Source: an uncultured bacterium (GTDB lineage Bacteria > Chloroflexota > UBA5177 > JANWHV01). From it: a stretch of DNA of 64,000 nucleotides. How positions within the stretch are numbered: position 1 is the first letter of the stretch; every line of letters begins with the position of its first letter. The position numbers and the translations under genes are program-made. The notes beneath the pieces were generated by a model. That model searched no databases. It was given only the letters and a program-made list of their open reading frames with translations, and was not told the DNA's origin. Of this stretch, positions 23,701 to 32,380 are shown piece by piece. The DNA is taken from the NCBI GenBank assembly GCA_963827235.1, contig CAWHAE010000016.1, forward strand, positions 320,001 to 384,000, given 5' to 3'.

Positions 23701-24760
23701 GCGATCGAGCCAACGGCAGCGGAATGGCATCCATCGCCGATTGTGCAGTAGCACTCTCGCCGCCGGGCAGCGGCGACCTGCGTTCTTCGCCGGCGACCGA
23801 GCCGTCCGAATGACGTGCCGTCGTTGCGTTGGAGCGATACTCGTGCACCTGCGCCTTCGCCGTCCACCGATATGGTGCCTGACCCATGTCGGCACCGTCC
23901 GTCTCGATAACCGGACGCCGTTGCAGCCGGGCGTCGGACTCGGGTCCGAAGTGAGCGGAGGCGTACGCTGCCAAAACGGCGCGTAGCTCGAGGCCTTCGC
24001 AGAGCACACTCCGCACAGGCATGCCCGTCCAGGTGACGATGGACCGAATCGTATCCTCGTCGAGCGCGTGCTCGCATCCGAGTACGATGTGACCGTCCTC
24101 GAAGCCCCAGGGGGCGATGGGCTCCACCTGCCAGCGTGCCCTCACGGACGGCGGCAGCAGCACACAGAGGGCAGGCTCGAAATCCGCGTCCTGCGGCAAG
24201 AGATGTGGCAGACCCTCGAGAAGGCCCAGAAGCTCAGGACCCCAACCGTTGGCCAGCCCTTGAAGTGCGGACTCGACTGTCTCTGTTCCTGGCCGACCAG
24301 ACCCGTCCACCGGGTCGGCACGGGCATCAAGAACATAGCGAAGACCGCAGTCGTTGACCAGCCTCCAGAGGCGGGAGAAGCGCAATGAGTACGACGCGGC
24401 ATCGCCGCGGCAGTTCGCTCTCGCCAGCTCAACCTCATCGGCCGAAGCCAGCTCCAGCTTCACCGGCCGGCTGAGCGCGCTGGCCAGCAGCCTCTGCCTC
24501 TGCTCCAGCCACGCAAGGGGCGTTTCCCCGGCTGCATCTGACACGCCGACTGCCGGCGAGGCCGGACCGGCGGGGTATCCAGATGCCGACACGGGCGAGC
24601 CTTGGTGATCCGGCTCAGACGGGATAACCGTCGCGATTGACAGCATCTCTCCATCATCGCTGAGCACTACGGCGTTCTGCTCGCTCGCCAAAGCATCTGG
24701 CAGAACGCGCTGAAGGCTGGGAGTCGAGTGACATACCTTCCAGCCACTCTCAAGCATCAT
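20726..24760 (-). CDS. Processive GT2 glycosyltransferase with multiple N-terminal MshEN/T2SSE_N domains
   Basis: LPVYTVLVPLYRE, KPKACNYG, IYDAED, NVTEDADLG and QRSRW motifs with C-terminal TMs; MshEN motifs QLGERLL../RLGQALI.. Confidence 0.9.
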   Translation of the reverse strand: MMLESGWKVCHSTPSLQRVLPDALASEQNAVVLSDDGEMLSIATVIPSEPDHQGSPVSASGYPAGPASPAVGVSDAAGETPLAWLEQRQRLLASALSRPVKLELASADEVELARANCRGDAASYSLRFSRLWRLVNDCGLRYVLDARADPVDGSGRPGTETVESALQGLANGWGPELLGLLEGLPHLLPQDADFEPALCVLLPPSVRARWQVEPIAPWGFEDGHIVLGCEHALDEDTIRSIVTWTGMPVRSVLCEGLELRAVLAAYASAHFGPESDARLQRRPVIETDGADMGQAPYRWTAKAQVHEYRSNATTARHSDGSVAGEERRSPLPGGESATAQSAMDAIPLPLARSLSIVPVMSDHDVLTLGIAARHPEAEAIRRAISRLTGARVRLHEMSPDRLQGAQARHYRETDAWRLQALWRGRKAADGATGARRGGATTRESGPQHTTPSVRLEYYAVKPELVQLISRNLLEALCAVPLRRDGHVLWVAMAAPSGEICRALARASGMVIRPVAAADEAIRSRLRAFAVSSRALNIYAAHPVIGFLQHQGRLVGVNLLQYLDGPEAGADQALVNAGVLDYEEFAELASRLCNLPRVNLRHTGKLDEVYFETESRVRIDLPHVPVDPAVATMVPLGMARSRGVLPIRREHVSVDVEAASVGQPSSGLQGSCIVVAVADPCAPEVHSAVASLSPAICRLTVAPRPEILAAIARSSGSAQLGERLLLSGVVSEEELERAVALHASSGVRLGQALIHLSLITQEQLAYFLAEQLDLPFVGLKGIRIDEDLARRIPEQDERRLGVLPLYEAGSILVAVMPDPLDVVAREEAETLLGLPIQPMICTEEDFEAALESLYRDLYLERSSTELAVRSPEESAARVVTRSQTVTFAAAGVVAIALLWRAPVVLGVGLAAICTLLYAAFSFYRGYLIYRSLSHDLEIPVGDDELAALDDVDLPVYTVLVPLYREAAVLPALVAGLARLDYPPTKLDVKLLLEEDDMSTRGAVAAMQLPAFVHPVVVPAAHPRGKPKACNYGLIHARGEYVVIYDAEDVPEPDQLKKAVIGFRKVPADVVCLQAKLSYYNSDQNWLTRWFSIEYSMWFDLFLPGLDASGAPVPLGGTSNHFKVSYLLEIGAWDPFNVTEDADLGVRLFRRGWRTAVIESTTYEEATSEVYNWIRQRSRWVKGYVQTYLVHMRHPVQFCREVGLKAFLSFNIVVGGTFFGLLVNPILWCLTALWYSSHAHLIRELFPAPIFYLGGLSLVLGNTAFVYLNVAGCLRPGMYDKVKFALLSPLYWALMSLAAWKGFIQLWFKPFYWEKTIHGLYRVTNHSGSTSPLTAPATSAQQVEVA

Positions 24761-24790
24761 GAAACCTCGCTTCGCACCAGTAACAGCGCA

Positions 24791-25075
24791 TCACAGCCGC
24801 TTGCGCCAGACGTACCGTGCCACCAGCATGCATAGCACGAAAGCGCCGGCAACCGGCGCGGGATAGGTGAACAGGCTGATCAGCAGAAGGCAAAACGCGC
24901 CGCTCCACACGGCAACACGTGCGACCACACCAATCATCTCCGGAATCAGAAACCAGTCGCTTGTCCGTGCTGTTGAACCGCGGCGGCCACGAGCCGCATC
25001 AGATACGGGTATCGGCGCGACCGGCCGTATCGCCAGGCGCGTCCGACCGCCATCGAGTGAACGAGAGTCCTTCAC
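24791..25075 (-). CDS. Small two-TM membrane protein (94 aa)
   Basis: GTG preceded by AAGGAGccAAGGAG; two hydrophobic segments and a basic tail; fills the gap within the cluster. Confidence 0.6.
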   Translation of the reverse strand: MKDSRSLDGGRTRLAIRPVAPIPVSDAARGRRGSTARTSDWFLIPEMIGVVARVAVWSGAFCLLLISLFTYPAPVAGAFVLCMLVARYVWRKRL

Positions 25076-25112
25076 GGCTCCTTGGCTCCTTGTCCCCGAC
25101 ACCGTATGCCGG

Positions 25113-25928
25113 TTAGTCGCCGACTTGGCCGGCGCCGTTCGCCGTCTCGACGTGCAATGGCATGGCGCCAATGGGAAGCTCACCGGCGCGGCCGTATCCG
25201 CCGACGGCAGTCCGGAGACGAATACGCAGCAGGTCGGCGACCATGCGCAGCGTGTCGCGTCCGGCTCGTACCCGAGAGTTGGCGTCAAAGTACCAGTCGA
25301 TAGCTATCTCCTCGACGCGGTAATGCCGCTTGCGGGCGAGATAGAGGATCTCAACATCAAAACTGAAACCGTCGAGCGTCTGTCGAGCGAACAGATCCCG
25401 CGCCACACTGCGCCTGAAGACCTTGAACCCGCATTGCGTGTCCTTCAGTCCACTGATCACAAGGGTTCTCACCAGGACGTTGAACACCCGGCTCATGACG
25501 CGCCGCTTAAGCGGATCCTCGAACAGATGCGAGTCGGGCAGCGCTCGAGAACCGACTGCCACGTCACAGCCACGCTCGATCGCGTCGAGTAGACGGTCGA
25601 ACTGGTCGGCCGGCATTGACAGGTCTGCGTCGCAGAGCACTACGCGCTCGAAGCGGGCCGCCAGCATACCGGCCCGCACGGCAGCACCCTTACCCCGGTG
25701 CGGGCGCGAGAGTAGACAGAGCCACGGTCTGTCCGCCGCGAGACTGCGAATCAGCTCCGCGGTGCCATCGGAAGATCCGTCGTCTACGACGAGGACTTCG
25801 AAGTCGCGCCCAAGGCACTCGCCATAGCGCTGGAGCTCACTGATTGTGTTGGGAAGACGTTGCTGTTCATTGTATGCCGGGATGATGATGCTGATTCCGG
25901 ACCGCCGTTCATTGTTCATTTGTTCCAT
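25113..25928 (-). CDS. Polyprenyl/dolichyl-phosphate glycosyltransferase (GT2, DPG-synthase-like)
   Basis: SIIIPAYNE, VVDDGSSD, RGKGAAVRAGML, CDADLS, DTQCGFK and FSFDVE. Confidence 0.9.
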   Translation of the reverse strand: MEQMNNERRSGISIIIPAYNEQQRLPNTISELQRYGECLGRDFEVLVVDDGSSDGTAELIRSLAADRPWLCLLSRPHRGKGAAVRAGMLAARFERVVLCDADLSMPADQFDRLLDAIERGCDVAVGSRALPDSHLFEDPLKRRVMSRVFNVLVRTLVISGLKDTQCGFKVFRRSVARDLFARQTLDGFSFDVEILYLARKRHYRVEEIAIDWYFDANSRVRAGRDTLRMVADLLRIRLRTAVGGYGRAGELPIGAMPLHVETANGAGQVGD

Positions 25929-26296
25929 TCAGGCGAGTACAACACGTGTATCGCCATCTCCTTTCCCCTGCTTCCGGCAGCCCACAGGTTCGTAACGCCT
26001 CTACCAGGTGTCGGCTACTCCGCACTGCATGCGAGGCCAACAACCGGGGGCAGAGGGGTGCATGTGAAGCACAGCTAGCTTCGTCGCCTCCGTGGAGCGG
26101 AGTGCTGTTCCAAGCACTCTCCACGGTCCGTGCCCTGATTCAGATCGTAGTCGGTGACTCACCTGGCGAGTAACATCCAGGCTGTATAGTCATGGGGTCC
26201 ATTCGGATGCAGATTGGAAGGCTCGTGCTCGCAGCCCGCGTACCAGCAAGGTGCGAGCTCTACAGTAGAGATCCTGGCAAGACTACGCGAAGAATC

Positions 26297-26962
26297 TCAG
26301 TTGATCAGTCCTAGGCGTACGGCGATCGCCACGGCATGCGTGCGGTTGGTGGCACGTAGCGAGCTGACCAGAGCCTGGATCTGCTTCTTGGCGGCCGGCT
26401 CAGCCATGCCGCGCTCCAGCGCAATCTCCCGATTGGTTCTGCCTTCGGCGAGCAGTTGGAGCAACTGCGTGTCCAGCTCGCTGATCTGAGGCGACACGGC
26501 CTCATCCGCCAGCTTTGAGCTGGGCCGCTGACGATTCATCGCGCCCGTGGTCAGCGCCTGCCGAAGCACCGCGGCATCGACCATCAGGCCTCCCGCGGCC
26601 ACTGCGTGAATCGTATGCACGAGCAGGTCTCGTGTTACATCCTTCAAGAGGTAGCCGCTGGCGCCGACCCGAATCGTATCCATCATCAGCGTATCGTCGT
26701 CGTAGTTGGTCATGATAATGATGGACACGGCGGGCGCTTCTGCTTTGATCTGTCTCGTAATATCCAGCCCGTTTACTCCGGGCATGCGTATATCCATAAG
26801 CACGACGTCGGGGTGAAGCTGGGAAACCAGCTCCAAGGCGCTCCGACCATCGCCGGCATCGGCGACCACGGTGATCGTCTCGCATTGCTCCAGCACCCGA
26901 CGTAACCCTTCACGGGCGACTGGGTGGTCGTCGACGATGAGGACGCTGATCATTTGTTGCAT
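26297..26962 (-). CDS. NarL/LuxR family response regulator
   Basis: VDDHP, LMDIRMP (phospho-Asp), GYLLK; C-terminal LuxR-type HTH. Confidence 0.93.
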   Translation of the reverse strand: MQQMISVLIVDDHPVAREGLRRVLEQCETITVVADAGDGRSALELVSQLHPDVVLMDIRMPGVNGLDITRQIKAEAPAVSIIIMTNYDDDTLMMDTIRVGASGYLLKDVTRDLLVHTIHAVAAGGLMVDAAVLRQALTTGAMNRQRPSSKLADEAVSPQISELDTQLLQLLAEGRTNREIALERGMAEPAAKKQIQALVSSLRATNRTHAVAIAVRLGLIN

Positions 26963-27412
26963 TCTGCCTCGTCAGCACACCGTTGGTCAATCAGGCCGCG
27001 CCAGGCCTTGAGTCCCGGCGGGCAATCATCGGATTCATGGGCGGCCGCTTCCGGCTCTGTACCCTGTTCTCGGTAGCCCGAATCCATTTCTACGTCCGAC
27101 ATCAGGCTGTAGCTATGTCGGGCTAATGCATTTTGCAGGCTGGCAAGACATCGCGTACCCGGCCTGCCGAGGTCGCGATGTTGGCGCTGGATGGTGCACT
27201 GCAGAGCTCTAAAGCATTGCTCTGGGTGGCAATTCGAGTAGACGAGGAGTCAGCCGTATAGCGGTCGGCACCGCATGTGAGGCCTATGCTACATCATGCG
27301 CAACGCCACAGGAAGATCTGACCAGCATATACATACCGGTCTACCAGGATAGAACGAAGCGTTCGGCAGCAGGTCCATCGGAAGCGCGGCGAAGCGGCGG
27401 GCGAGGCAGATT

Positions 27413-28147
27413 CTAGTCTATGACGCCCAGTCGCATGGCTATCACGGCCGCGTGGGTGCGGTCCGAGGCATAGAGCTTCGCGATGATCTCCTGCACATGC
27501 TTCTTGACAGTTACCTCGGCAAAGCCAAGCTTGTCGGCAATGGCCTTGTTCGTCTTGCCCTCGGCCATGAGCCTGAGGATACTCTGCTCTCGGCCGGTGA
27601 GCGATTCGATCGGGGGCATGGATGCCGGTGAGGGCAGAGTCTTCTTCTTCACCGCCGTGTCAGTGTCCTGCTGCAGAGCACGTTTCAGCAGTGAAGCCTT
27701 GACGAGGATACCGCCGCTGGCTACCGCCATCACCGTATGGAGGAGCAATTCCCGGGAACTATCCTTTACCAGGTAACCGCCCGCTCCGGCGCGAACCGCG
27801 TCCAGAACGATGGCCTCGTCTTCATACGAGGTCATCATGACTACCGAGACAGTCGGATGCTCGGCCTTGATGCGGCGAGTTGCCTCCAAGCCGTCGATGC
27901 CGGGCATCCTGTAGTCCATGAGCACGAGGTTCGGCCGTAGCTGGGCCACCAGCTCGACTGCCTCTCGGCCATCCCGGGCCTCGCCAACCACCTTGACAAG
28001 TCTGCTGGTCTCCAGCATAGACCGCAGTCCTTCGCGTGCGATCATGTGGTCGTCGGCAATCAGGACGGCTACGCGCCCATCCAGTGAGCTCGTGGACTCA
28101 TCCTCGCCCGCGCCGTCCTGGGCTCCCTGGCTATGCTCAAACGTCAT
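27413..28147 (-). CDS. NarL/LuxR family response regulator
   Basis: ADDH, LMDYRMP, GYLVK, LTGREQSIL...TVKKHV HTH. Confidence 0.94.
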   Translation of the reverse strand: MTFEHSQGAQDGAGEDESTSSLDGRVAVLIADDHMIAREGLRSMLETSRLVKVVGEARDGREAVELVAQLRPNLVLMDYRMPGIDGLEATRRIKAEHPTVSVVMMTSYEDEAIVLDAVRAGAGGYLVKDSSRELLLHTVMAVASGGILVKASLLKRALQQDTDTAVKKKTLPSPASMPPIESLTGREQSILRLMAEGKTNKAIADKLGFAEVTVKKHVQEIIAKLYASDRTHAAVIAMRLGVID

Positions 28148-28156
28148 GTTGCCCTC

Positions 28157-29782
28157 TCAACTCTCAGCGGCGACAAGAGCGAGGGGCAGCGATATGCGTA
28201 CAGTCGTGCCCTGGCCGGGTGTGCTGTGGACGTCGAACCGTCCCTGCAGCAGCTCGGTCCTGCGCCGCATACTGATCATACCTACCCCGCCCTCGAGCGG
28301 GCTCGTCCGCGGTGCAACAGGGGAGAAGCCAACTCCGTTGTCCTCCACCGTCACCACGAACCGATCGTATGCGCCGTGCAGCGTAACGCGGAATCTTGTC
28401 GCATGAGAGTGTTTGGCAATATTGTTTAGCGCTTCGTGTACGACCCGGTATAGGGCGGTCTCGACCGATCCCGCCAGATGCACTGCGTCGGCCTCGAATT
28501 CGGCTTCCATGCCCGTACGCTCGCCCAGGTCTCTGACGTCGTAGCGCAGAGCTGCTACGAGACCGAGGGCGTCGAGGCGAGCCGGACGAAGCGAGGCGAC
28601 GATTTCGCGCGCCTGGCGAATACCTTGCCGGACCAGATCGCGGCCTTTCTGGAGCCGTTCGCGCTGCTCCCGAGTGTCCTTGCCGTCGAGCTCGACCATG
28701 TCGAGGTAGTGGAACGCCGTTGCCAGCGTCTGGCAGATGCCATCGTGAATATCCAGACAGATTCGCTCGCGCTCCTCCTCTTGACCATTGATGGTCGCCT
28801 CGAGCAGCAAGCGTGTTTGCCTGTCCCGAAGTGCTACCAGGTCCGTGATATCTCTCGCCGAGATCAGCGTGCCCATCGCGTATTGAGGGTCGGGTAGAAC
28901 GCTTATCGAGGCCTCTAGATACCGCCAGGAGCCATCTTGACGCAGCGCCTGAAACTCGAGGGGCGATCCGCCGCCGCCAGCGTCAAGGTTGTTGAGCCAC
29001 TCGATTGCGGCAGTACGGTCGTGTTCGTGCACGAGCGACAACCAGGACTGTCCAACCAGGTCGGCGGGCTCATAACCCAGTATCGCCTGGGCGGCAGGAT
29101 TTGCGTAGCTAATGGTGAGCTCGCGATCGACGATCAACACGAGATCGGAGACGCGCCTGACCACGGCGCTGAGATGCTCCTTGCTCAGTCGGACCTCGCG
29201 CTCGCTGCGTATCAACCCATCGACGTCCTGCAGAATACAGACGACGGAGGTCAGCAACCCGCTCTCCCGAACCGGGAAGAGCTGCAGCCGCGTCCACACC
29301 GGTCGCGCATTCTTCTTGCCCAGCAGTAGGGACAACGACGTAGACTGCCCTTCGGCAATGGCGGCAGCGAGGTTGGTGCCGGCATCGGGAGGCGCTGCCT
29401 CGCTCACGAACAAACGCAGACTGCGGCCTATCACCTCCTCCGCTGAGAAGCCGAGCAGTCTCTCGAAAGCCGCGTTCACCAACACTATGGGATGGTCGGG
29501 TAGCAGAGCGTCCAACACAGCGACGCTGACGCCTGCCGATGTTATCGCATGCTCGAGAGTCTGGAGAAGAGAGGGCCTGATCGGCCTGCCGGCAAAGGTG
29601 GCCACGCGGCTGGCGATCCGACTGGTCGAGACCGAGCTTGCGGGTGTTAACCCGAAATCCGGTTTCACCGGAGGCCGATCCTTAAAAAAGTCAGGTATAG
29701 CAATATCCAGGGAGACCAATGGCTCCTGTTTTGGCTCGCCCAGAGCGCCTGGCATGAGCGAGGCTGAAGGATCCTGATACAC
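28157..29782 (-). CDS. Cytoplasmic PAS-PAS sensor histidine kinase (HisKA_3 type)
   Basis: Two PAS domains; QEEERERICLDIHDG H-box, EALNNIAKH, DNGVGF and GQGTTV. Confidence 0.92.
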   Translation of the reverse strand: MYQDPSASLMPGALGEPKQEPLVSLDIAIPDFFKDRPPVKPDFGLTPASSVSTSRIASRVATFAGRPIRPSLLQTLEHAITSAGVSVAVLDALLPDHPIVLVNAAFERLLGFSAEEVIGRSLRLFVSEAAPPDAGTNLAAAIAEGQSTSLSLLLGKKNARPVWTRLQLFPVRESGLLTSVVCILQDVDGLIRSEREVRLSKEHLSAVVRRVSDLVLIVDRELTISYANPAAQAILGYEPADLVGQSWLSLVHEHDRTAAIEWLNNLDAGGGGSPLEFQALRQDGSWRYLEASISVLPDPQYAMGTLISARDITDLVALRDRQTRLLLEATINGQEEERERICLDIHDGICQTLATAFHYLDMVELDGKDTREQRERLQKGRDLVRQGIRQAREIVASLRPARLDALGLVAALRYDVRDLGERTGMEAEFEADAVHLAGSVETALYRVVHEALNNIAKHSHATRFRVTLHGAYDRFVVTVEDNGVGFSPVAPRTSPLEGGVGMISMRRRTELLQGRFDVHSTPGQGTTVRISLPLALVAAES

Positions 29783-30461
29783 GGCGACGCTCCAATGTCA
29801 AGGCCAACGACTCCATACGTGAGACACCAGCGCAAGCGGCGCCCTGCAAGCCCCTCCAAGACCTGACATAGGATCCTTGGAACTCAGTTCCGCAGGTATC
29901 AACGTGCTCTGCAGGTCCGCCCCTGCACGCCGATCCCGGCCTCTACGCCCTTCGTTAAGCCAGAAAAATCATTCCAATTAGATAATAGCACGACCAGCTA
30001 CCATAGCCAGAGACCACGCTATCAGCGTCAGTCCGGATCGGCGCCCGCCAGCTAGGCGGCGACACTGATACCCAGCTGGCACACTAATACCCGCGCGGCA
30101 CTCGTGCCAGGAGCCATTATGAACTGAGGAGACCGACCTAAGTTGACTATACGCTACAGTTCACTAGTGCGCAAGACAGGAGCATTCACCGTTGTACGAT
30201 GACGGCGGCGGCGCACACACGTGGTCGACAAGAGGATCCGGCAGCACGTGTGGTCGGCACTTGGCTTGCGGGTTCGCGGCAAGTATGTCTCAAGCCCCTC
30301 ACTCCCTGGCGCTGTGGCTGGGACGTCAGTTGCGGCCCATGCACGAGGTCGAGTACCGGGCGCCGTTCCTATCGGGAAGACGAGCTCAGTAGCTGCAGGC
30401 AGCCTCGGTTGTCGTCCGCCTGCGGCTCAGGTCTCTGCGTCGACGAGATGGCACCGGCCCT

Positions 30462-30983
30462 TCAGGTTGCGTTCTGATCGTGGCCTTCGTCCACGAGGCT
30501 CCAGACATCGATCACCGGACCGGCGTAGGCCGGCCGCCGAGGATGTAGTCCGTCATATGCTGCCGCGACATAGCCGCGTACGACGACGTCGTCTCCCTCC
30601 CGCATCGTCGACATGTCAACTGACTCAGGTATCGATAGGATGACCTCGCCTTCGCCGATCTCGCCGTCATACTGCCCGTTGAACTCCCAGCAGCCTACAT
30701 TGTTTCTACCGTCGCCCGTATCCTTGCCAAAGAAGTTGGCCAGATTGCAGGTCCACTTGACGGTTTGGTGCTCGTAGCGGGTCGGATACTTCGCAACCTC
30801 TGGATACGTGTCGTTTGTCACCTGGCTGTCCCATTGGTCGATAGTAGGCGTTGGCGTTGAGGCTGCCCCAACGGACGAGGACGCTCCCTGGCCTGTCCTG
30901 TCGAGCAGAACGATAATCGCGGCCACTACCATCCCAAGTAGGGCAACGATACTTGCCAGCCGGATCAGGCGCGCTCTAGGCAT
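30462..30983 (-). CDS. Membrane-anchored hypothetical protein, possibly with an OB-fold-like extracellular domain
   Basis: N-terminal TM, Ser/Thr linker, beta-rich domain ending EGDDVVVRGYV...PVIDV; AGGAG SD. Confidence 0.65.
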   Translation of the reverse strand: MPRARLIRLASIVALLGMVVAAIIVLLDRTGQGASSSVGAASTPTPTIDQWDSQVTNDTYPEVAKYPTRYEHQTVKWTCNLANFFGKDTGDGRNNVGCWEFNGQYDGEIGEGEVILSIPESVDMSTMREGDDVVVRGYVAAAYDGLHPRRPAYAGPVIDVWSLVDEGHDQNAT

Positions 30984-31357
30984 ATCTCGCTCCTGGAATG
31001 TCCTGCTAGACCACGTGATCGCACGCCGAACGGCAAACGCGCGTAGCCCGGTCGCCGGCGTTCAAGTGCACCGGCGATCCCAAGTGGGGTACTGTCGACG
31101 AGCGATAGTGACGGCCAGGCGCGGCGTCGCACCGCGGTGCCCTGACGGCGGTTGCACGCCGCGATACCGAGGTAGTGCGAACGTTCGTAGTTGACATGCT
31201 GCTAGCCCGTTCCGCGCCACGAGTAGTAATGTGGCGTTGTGCACATGCAGCATAGCGACAACGTGTCGCTGCACGAAAGCGGGTTATCACGCATCCAAGC
31301 GCCCGCGGTGCCAGCCGGCTCTAGGAGTCGGAAGCCGTGTGGGTCGCCATTGCCCTC

Positions 31358-32380
31358 TTACCCGTCCGCGATCTCTGTGAGTGCGTCCGCCAGAGCCCGA
31401 GGTGTTACCGTCGCCGCGCCGAAATGCCGCACCACCAGTGCGGCAGCAGCGTTGCCAAGGGCAGCGGCTTCGGCGACCGAGCTTCCCGCACACAGCGCCA
31501 GCGTGGCCGTGGAGGCCACAGTATCGCCGGCTCCGGTAGCATCACGCACCTCGGCAAGATTATGCGCTGCCAGCTTCGTGAACTCGCCCCGGTCGTCCAG
31601 GGCAACCATGCCCAAGGCGCCGCGCGTGATCAGGATTCCTCTGGCACCAAGGCCGATCAGCAGCTCCCGGCACGCCTCGCGAAGATCGGCATCGCCGGCG
31701 AGCTTGCGACCGACGGCCGCTTCGGCCTCCGGCTGATTTGGCGTCGCCAGAGTAGCGCCCTTGAACCGAAACAGGTCGCCGTGCGCGTCTACAGTGCTGA
31801 CCAACCCGCCGTGCGCTGCATGATCGAGACAGAGCGCACTGATATCCGGATCGATCACTCCGTGCTCGTAATCGGACAGGATCACGCCCGTCGTATCCGG
31901 CAGCACGCGTTCCGCCACGCGGAGCAGGTCATCTCGTGCCCGCCCGGCTACCTGCTCCGAAACGATGCGATCCACGCGGACAATCTGCTGTTGCACGACC
32001 TGCACACCGCCGCCAATGATCCGTGTAGCGGTTGACGTGGGACGGCCAGGGTCGACGACCAGTCCGCGTGTATCTATGTCAAGCACCTCCAGAGCGGCCC
32101 GAAGCTCCATGCCCACCGCGTCCGAACCGACGACACCGGCTATGCTCACACGAGCTCCCAGAGACCTGAGGTTCACGGCCACGTTAGTAGCGCCTCCAGG
32201 AACCATGACCCGCCGTGAGAAGGCGAGGATCAATACCGGCGCTTCACGTGAGACCCGTTCCGGGGTACCGAAGATATACTCGTCCGCCACCATGTCGCCG
32301 ACGACCAGTATGTGCTGGCTGGAGAACTTGGCGAGCAATGCCTCGAGATGGCGTCGACCGGGCATTCCGCTCTCACTCAA
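31358..32380 (-). CDS. PfkB-family kinase, RfaE/HldE heptose-7-phosphate kinase-like domain
   Basis: LVVGDMVADEYIFG...RVSREAPVL, PGGATNVA, ILSDY, TPNQPEA and DATGAGDTV. Confidence 0.85.
   Translation of the reverse strand: MSESGMPGRRHLEALLAKFSSQHILVVGDMVADEYIFGTPERVSREAPVLILAFSRRVMVPGGATNVAVNLRSLGARVSIAGVVGSDAVGMELRAALEVLDIDTRGLVVDPGRPTSTATRIIGGGVQVVQQQIVRVDRIVSEQVAGRARDDLLRVAERVLPDTTGVILSDYEHGVIDPDISALCLDHAAHGGLVSTVDAHGDLFRFKGATLATPNQPEAEAAVGRKLAGDADLREACRELLIGLGARGILITRGALGMVALDDRGEFTKLAAHNLAEVRDATGAGDTVASTATLALCAGSSVAEAAALGNAAAALVVRHFGAATVTPRALADALTEIADG

Noticed and set aside
30058-30130. TPP riboswitch or CRISPR-like repeats
   Set aside because: Only two short repeat units; lacks the ordered TPP core and any spacer array
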